In this document: piece by piece, positions 57,011-64,000 of the stretch
How the letters are laid out: each line of letters starts with the position of its first letter
Numbering within the stretch: position 1 is the first letter of the stretch
NCBI GenBank assembly: GCA_951406725.2
Contig: OX597818.1
Coordinates: forward strand, 62,682,001 to 62,746,000
Reading direction: 5' to 3'
DNA from: Octopus vulgaris
Lineage: Eukaryota
DNA: 64,000 bases
Made by a program: the position numbers and the translations under genes
The notes under the pieces: generated by a model
Database searches by the model: none
What the model saw: only the letters and a program-made list of their open reading frames with translations
What the model was told of the DNA's origin: nothing

Positions 57011-57740
57011 GAAACCAAACATAAGACATTTTAACAGAATGTGATGACTGCGTATATGATGAAGGGAAGGCTATCAAGTATTAAAAGAAAATCGTTGGCA
57101 GATACAACGTCAAAGGTTGTTTATAGAAAGAGAAGGAGGAGAAAGAAAGAAATTAGCAGAAAACTAATAGTGGACAGATATAGAGCGATAGGTGAATTTG
57201 AATAAAGCTTAAAGATATGGGAGTAGATATATTTAATGGAAGTGCAATGTAAGAAGACAGTCAAAGTTCGAATTTTATAGAATGGTAGAAATCATAGGAA
57301 CAAAACGTATGTTTCTGCTAATGTTTGCAACGATAAACTCGTTCTATAAACGTGTTTACAAGGGGATTCTTTGAGAATAGGTTTAAAAAAAAAACACAAA
57401 ACAGTTCACTATTGCAAAGGGAGCAAAAATATTTACCTTTGCCAAAAGGTAAAGAAAACAGAGAATATTCTATTCCAAATTAAACTGTTTATTATGAACT
57501 TTTAGATAGCAGATCAATTTGCTAAGCCCAGTATTGCTACGTTTATTGATATGCCTAAATGTAGAGTAATGATTAGATATTCTTCTGGACATCTGAGATC
57601 AAGAACTACCTATGTAAAAAGACGTCAGTACCGGAAGTAATTTTACATTGATAAATAGAGTTTCTAGTCTTCGAATTCCTGCTAAGAAAACGAATGCGAT
57701 TGGAGTCAACTTCAGAAACAATAAAACCACTTTCTTTCTT

Positions 57741-57956
57741 TTACTTTCTTATATTTTCTTCAGTAATTTGACTGCGGCCATGCTGGAGTACAACCTTTTG
57801 CCGAAAAACTCGACACAAGGACTTATTCTTTGTAAGCCTAGTACTTATTCTATCGGTTTCTCTTGCTGAAACGCTAAGTGACGGGGACGTAAACACACCA
57901 GCACCGGTTGCCAAGCGATGCGTGGGGGAATAAACACAGACACATAAATATATATA

Positions 57957-58018
<62 letters not shown>

Positions 58019-58164
58019 ACGGTCTTTTTTTAGTTTCCATCTACCAAGTCCACTCACAAGGCTTTGGTCAGTTCGAGGCTGCAGTAGAAGACACTTGCCC
58101 AAGGTGCCACGCAGTGGGACTGAACCCGGAAACACGTGGTTGGTAAGCAGGCCATTCCTGCACC
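57741..58164 (-). mobile_element. SINE family B nested in the Penelope-like element
   Basis: Reverse complement of the 24288-24718 pattern. Confidence 0.9.
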
Positions 58165-59394
58165 TATATAATACTATTTAAAGCTTAGTTAGTGGTAAGA
58201 AAGCTAAGGTTAATATTTTCATCGAGTGGATTTGTATTTAACAACTTAGTATTATGCGAAGTGATGATTTGTGAAAAAGCTTTTCTGTTGAAATAACCTA
58301 TTCTAATTCGGTGTGAGTTAATAATCGAATAGCATTTTAAATTTCTTGGGAAATTCTTTTCTATAGCTTCACGAAACATAATAGGGAGGTTAGATTTTAT
58401 CCTTTTTCCAATATGGAATTATTAACCAAACAGTTTTACTAGAACAAATCTTGTTACTAAGGTAATTATCCTTAAAAGTCCTCGATGAACCTTGATAATG
58501 TAAAAAGTGTCTTAAACAACGGTTATTCCCCTTATACTGCAGAAATACATTACTCGATTTGATTTTGTTATTCGCATTAAAATTAATATCGTTAATATCG
58601 TTACAACTTGATTTCATGTCCTGATTAATAGAGGTAGAATTAATGTCAATTGGGTTAATATTGGTATTTTTTCTTTATAGCCTCCTTTAAGGCAGAGTTA
58701 TAAACTTCAGTTTTATCGTTGAAGATATCAACATTAGCAGATAATTTAGAAGGTCTAAGTGAAATAGTCTTAACTAAATTCTTTGTAATAACCTTAGAGT
58801 GATTACTGAAAGAGATAATATATTCTAAATTAGTTGAGGGTTTATGGTATGGGAAATACAAACCATTATGCAAGTTAAGGGTAATATCCAAAATGTTGGC
58901 TTTACTTTCATCATCGTCAAAAAGAAAGCTTAAGCCCATGTTTCGGGAAAATTTAACTAAGCTATTCTTAACCCTTCGTAATTTTTGCTAAGAAGTATTT
59001 TGAAGGTAGTGTAGACAATCATCACGATATAGACTTCCATTGATGTTTGGGAATTGGTCGTCGATCTCATATCACGTTGTTTGTTGTTTTAGCGAGGCTA
59101 CGATCCAAGTCAGAAGCTTTACAGATTTCTGTAAATTTTATTTTTATTTGTTGAAAGGAGGCCAAAATGACATCAAAGTAAAAACATCTAAATTTTACTC
59201 TGTGACCTTCTGCAATGCATTCTTTCTTATAAAATAAGAAAAAAATACAATACTAATTAATACTTCGTACATGAAATGTATCTCCGGAGCGAAATGCTAC
59301 AAATGGCTACATTTCATTTCTTACTTCTAAAATCTAAATTAACACTTGCCTAATAGGTCTAGCTGAACAAATATATATATATATATGTATGTAT

Positions 59395-59427
<33 letters not shown>

Positions 59428-59434
59428 CACACAA

Positions 59435-59484
<50 letters not shown>

Positions 59485-59892
59485 GTTTACTTTCAATATA
59501 TGTTATTTGATTTATAAAAAGTTTTTCTGCTTTAGATATTTCAGTAAAATTATTTCAGATTAAAACTTGTTTAATAGTTTGCTATTTTACATTTATAAAT
59601 TCCATTTCACTAAGCAAATATTGCGAAAAATCTGTTTTATTCTATAATGTTTTAAACAAATTTGTTTCAAATATGTTTCGTTAAAACCTTGGTTAAAATC
59701 CTGGTCCTAGGATGATGTAATGGCGTTCAGAATGTGGCAAGGATTCGAACCGAGGCTTTGTCTGAGGAAAACATCGATCACTTATTCCCACCAGTCTTGC
59801 AAGCCCTGAAACCGGCTATGGGATCCCATCTTTTTCTTTTGACAGGGACATTACAATGTTGTAAGACAATACACATTAAACGCATTTTTTAA

Positions 59893-60478
59893 ATAGTTTA
59901 AGCTCAGAGGTGCGGCCATGCTGATGCACCGCCGTTTTGCGCTGCACTGTTATTTATAAGAGCCTCCTCTAATATGTGACACTTGATGAAGAGTGGAGTT
60001 TTATATAGCTACCCCCATTTGCACCTCTTGCCGTGAGGTAGGTTCATCTGGGACTCTGGACAGTAAGAGGTCCAGCTTTGATTTAAAACACCCTACATCT
60101 ACTTTGTGCAAGTTCCTCAGACTCTTTGGGAGAATATTAAAAAGCTGTGGGCCTTTGTAACCCAGGCTGTTGCAGTAACTGGTCCTGAAGCGTGATGGCG
60201 CTGCTGGGATAATTGGCACTATGCAGTGTCGTCCCGTTCTTGCATTGGTGTAGCTTTCAATGCTAAAATTTGGCACAATTCCTTCCAGGATCTTCCTGAT
60301 ATATATTACTGCATACCTCTCCCGTCTTCTCTCCAGAGAGTAGAGTCTTAGCTGTTTCAACCATTCCCAGAGACGATCTTCTTTGTGAACCTTCTCTAGA
60401 TTGCTTCAAGGTCCGCTGTTAATTTCACACTGGTGGGTTACCATAGCTGTGAGCAGTAATCCAGGTGGCTGAGGACGA
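59893..60478 (-). mobile_element. 5'-truncated CR1/L2-group LINE (RT C-terminus + 3' UTR)
   Basis: FVLSHLDYCSQLW, LEAI*RRFTKKI, LYSLERRRERYAVIY, GPQLFNILP, FKSKLD, VPDEP; tail ggcggtgcatcagcatggccgcacctctgagcttaaac. Confidence 0.85.
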
Positions 60479-61040
60479 ATTATGAAAGATAATAACGTAC
60501 CTTTAATTCTTCTGAAAGATTCTTGTATTCAGTGTTTGGGTATTTATAACAACACCCGATTCATTGAAGAGAACTCTGACACACCGTTGTATATTAGCTT
60601 TGTCATGTATCGTTTCAGCTAAAGCTACCCCACCTGTTAATCATATATTATGCATGCAGAGTGTCTAAAATGAAGTGGTATTCTCGAAACACAACAGCGA
60701 TCACATATTCACACTGGAAACTGCTACAATGGATTAAGAATGAATAAATACGTTATTATTTGGATTCAACCGTTCTGTACGTACTCAACGATTCGCCAGT
60801 TTGGTGCAGCATCTTTGACCGAAGAGACATACAACAAGGTAGAAACAAAGCGTTTTCATGAACCCCGCTTACCCAGGCAAATCGCATGTCTTATGAACTC
60901 ACGTTGTCTCAACTGAGGAGGTGTTCTCCGCTGACGGAAAGAAAAAGGCCGATCAGACATTCGTGTTCGAATTTCTCACAAGAGTGAATAGATATATTAA
61001 TTTTTGGATTACCGTTTTTTGTGTCGACGCCAGGTATTAT

Positions 61041-61465
61041 TACTCTTTTTTCTACTCTTTATACTTGTTTCAGTCATTTGACTATGGCCATACTAGAGCA
61101 CCGCCTTTTAGTCAAGCAAATCGACCCCAGGACTTATTCTTTGTAAGCCTAGTATTTATTCTATCGGTCTCTTTCGCCGAAACGCTAAGTGACGGGGACG
61201 TAAATACACCACTATCGGTTGTCAAGCGAATTTAGGGAGACAAACAGAGATACACAAACACACACACACACACACGCACACACACACACATATATATATA
61301 TACGAAGGGCTTCTTTCAGTTTCCGTCCACCAAATCCCCTCACAAGGCTTTAGTCGGCCCAAGGCTATAGTAGAAGACATTTGCCCAAGTTGCCACGCAG
61401 TGGGACTGAACCTGGAACCATGTGATTCGTAAGCAAGCTACTTACCACACAGCCACTCCTACACC
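61041..61465 (-). mobile_element. SINE family B, full length
   Basis: Reverse complement of head, internal microsatellite and tail. Confidence 0.92.
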
Positions 61466-62445
61466 TACTATACAAAATATATTTTTGCAAAAATATAAAG
61501 GACATAATAGGAACCAGACTGGAATGTTTTAGGATGGAATTTAAGATGAACAAAATAACTTTTGATATCTTTGAAATATACATAACTAAAATAATTATTT
61601 GCGCTTGGTTTCTCTAAGCTTTACTTTCGTTCATGTTTAATTGAAATAAAAAAAAAAAAACACTAATAAAACTATTTACTGATACGCCATACTTTTCAAT
61701 CATTTAAACAATCACTTAAACGATCACACGGTTTCAACAACATAAAGAATCACACGGAGTTTCTGAGAGAGAATATTGTATTTCAGACTGCCTCATGTTT
61801 CCCAGTCGTTGCAAATATGTACAAGATGATGTGACACTAGTACTTGAAATGCATCAGTTTCCTCTCCTGGAGATAAATTATGATATGATAGAAGGAATAC
61901 GGAATGTCCTCTGTGATTTGAGAGTGATTTAATTTAAAGTTAATTTCTGTATTTATTATACTTTTCATCAGGATGATTAGCTGAGTATTAAAGACTTATG
62001 ACTAAGTATACTTCATAGTAATCTTATAAATATTAATTCCACCTTTAATCCATTCTGATAAAATGATGCATTAAGAAAGAATATTACTCGTATCCGGACG
62101 TCGTTTCTTAAAGTATTACGAAAATTATCCCCATCATTTAGATTAAGAGAACCATGCATATGTATGTGGTTGAGTATATATATTCCTATATGTTTGGGAG
62201 ACGAAGAAATATGAGACATCGAAAATGTATGAATGAGGGAGAGAAAGAAAGAGAGAGGAGGAGAGAGAACAGAATCATAGAGAAAGAGAAATAGAGAAGT
62301 TAAGAAAATATAGAGTGAGAGGAACGAATCAAATTAAAAGAGTGAAGTTGTAGAAGAACTGATGAAGTTTAGAATCAATTAAGATGAGGAAAATAGTCCG
62401 AAAGTAAGAAAGCACTTTAGAATGAATTTAGAAAAAATAACAGAG

Positions 62446-62449
<4 letters not shown>

Positions 62450-62507
<58 letters not shown>

Positions 62508-62570
62508 AAAGAGAGAAAAAGGAGAAAGGGTATTTGTTTGTGTGTGTGCATGCGTGCATGTGTGGGTATG
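62450..62570. repeat. (GA)n and TG tracts
   Basis: Directly visible. Confidence 0.9.
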
Positions 62571-64000
62571 TATGATTGAGAGGAAAGAAAGAAAGAGAAA
62601 AACAACGTAAAAGATTTATATTGATAGAATCGCAGTTGAATTGGATATGAGTAAACAAGAGACGAAGAAAGCAAATATATTATTTTTGATGTTTGTGTAT
62701 TTCAGGATTTAGTCCTTTGAATATTTTATTGCGATTTTATCAGTATTATTGTAGAGTAACAAATGTTTGCTTCTACACACGCTTTCAATATCATCTTAAT
62801 TTTATGACTAGTTGATATGTCTTCATGTCAGAAGAGACAATAGCGTTGTTTTATTTGTAAATAAGATCTAAGATATACTTTGGCCGCCGTTATTATATGG
62901 ACTGACTTCTATCTATATTTCCTCTAGTTGTAACATTGCCAAAGGCTTCCCTGTCAACCATGTTGCATAGAGTTCGATTTTCTCCAAACCAAAGTCAGTT
63001 GACGTTGTATATTATTATAGCCATGAGATACAACATTGTTTATTACATGCTGTATTATACGATTATATCTCAGATATCTTCCGCAATATTAGGAGGAATG
63101 GAAGAAATCATGGCTTTAACTTTTCTAGATTTTCTTTATCTGCATTATCTGATGTTGCTTGTTGATTTCATTTTAGTTCGTAAGTATTTGCAAGTAAGTC
63201 GATTATTTTTCTCATACATCTTCTGCGTTATCGCAGTTTTATTTCGGTGTTTTTGACAGGTTTCTTTTCTTCTTTCTCCGAAATTGTATTGTGCTAAAAA
63301 CAACTTAGCGAATTATTCTAGTGGAACTCTATCTTCACATAAATTTAGAATATTCGACTCACATTTTCGTTGGTCTTAAATTCCAACGGATTGCAGCCTG
63401 ATGTCTGATCCAACCAAGTAATGCAAGTAACGTTTTCTTGATATTTTCTACTTTGTAATAATCTTTTCAAACATGACATACGTTTTGTTTCTTATGTACT
63501 ATTTTATGTCAGTATAATGGAAAATACGTTTGTGTTTATTTAAATTACTCAATAATGACATTTTTCTTCGACATGTCATGTTTATTTGTAAGATTCTAGT
63601 AACGAAAATCACTGAAATACGAATAAAAGCCGGTGTAAATAAAACATTCTTCGATTATTTTCTTCAGAACTATAGCAGTTTTGAGTTACACAAAATATAG
63701 ACTTAAAATTTTCCTGTCGAAACAAATCATCGAAAGATTTATATCATTTTGGATGTTAAAAAAATACAAAAAGGAAAACGAAATCAATAACAAAATAATG
63801 CGAGGACACAGTATTACTTATAAACGAAATTATAAACCACTCTAAAAGTATAAACGCTGCCTCTAAGCTCGGTTCCAAGGGGTTATCAGTTCGATTCCGA
63901 TTCAGATTTATGAACAAAACATCCGTTCATATTTGCCTACGGTTTCACAATGCTTAGTTGGAGCTGTGAATTAAGAAGCCTGCTTCCGAACTACACGATC

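Larger units (their letters stand above)
56905..59130 (-). mobile_element. Decayed Penelope-like element of a second clade (RT + GIY-YIG + 3' hammerhead), interrupted by a family B SINE
   Basis: LYRDDCL at about 59012-59032; ILDITLNLHNGLYFPYHKP...SNH...YNSALKEA; FREAIEKNFP; FYIGSS*SQMSRRISNHYSTF...LSKLICYLK; CSLCNSE. Confidence 0.85.

Noticed and set aside
59700-59830. Possible hammerhead (ggatgatg...gaaaccggctatggga)
   Set aside because: Core and stem II do not fit
62936-63256. 106-aa hydrophobic ORF as a membrane protein exon
   Set aside because: Hydrophobicity reflects T-rich composition; non-ATG start and no family motif

Overview
AT-rich, repeat-saturated eukaryotic (animal) DNA with no convincing intact host gene. 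Nearly all ORFs in the track are translations of microsatellites or SINEs. From recollection rather than a search, the SINE set and extreme microsatellite load look like an octopus (coleoid cephalopod) genome. The window holds about 25 copies or fragments of a tRNA-derived SINE ('family A'), about 9 of a microsatellite-carrying SINE ('family B'), V-domain-type SINEs, two large decayed Penelope-like elements (RT + GIY-YIG), an R4/Dong-type RLE LINE inside (TAA)n, a CR1/L2-group LINE 3' end, and mariner remnants and MITEs. The most interesting layer is structural. (1) About nine type I hammerhead-ribozyme motifs from several families, some with intact cores, including a palindromic element with a tRNA-like spacer whose arms match the 3' terminus of a Penelope copy in the same window. 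(2) Family A SINE concatemers that always join at the same nucleotide, 3' of a hairpin loop in the tRNA-like head. (3) A LINE/SINE shared 3' tail with a compensated stem-loop. (4) Templated-insertion scars whose donor sequences are visible nearby. Coordinates were read by eye and may be off by a few bases.
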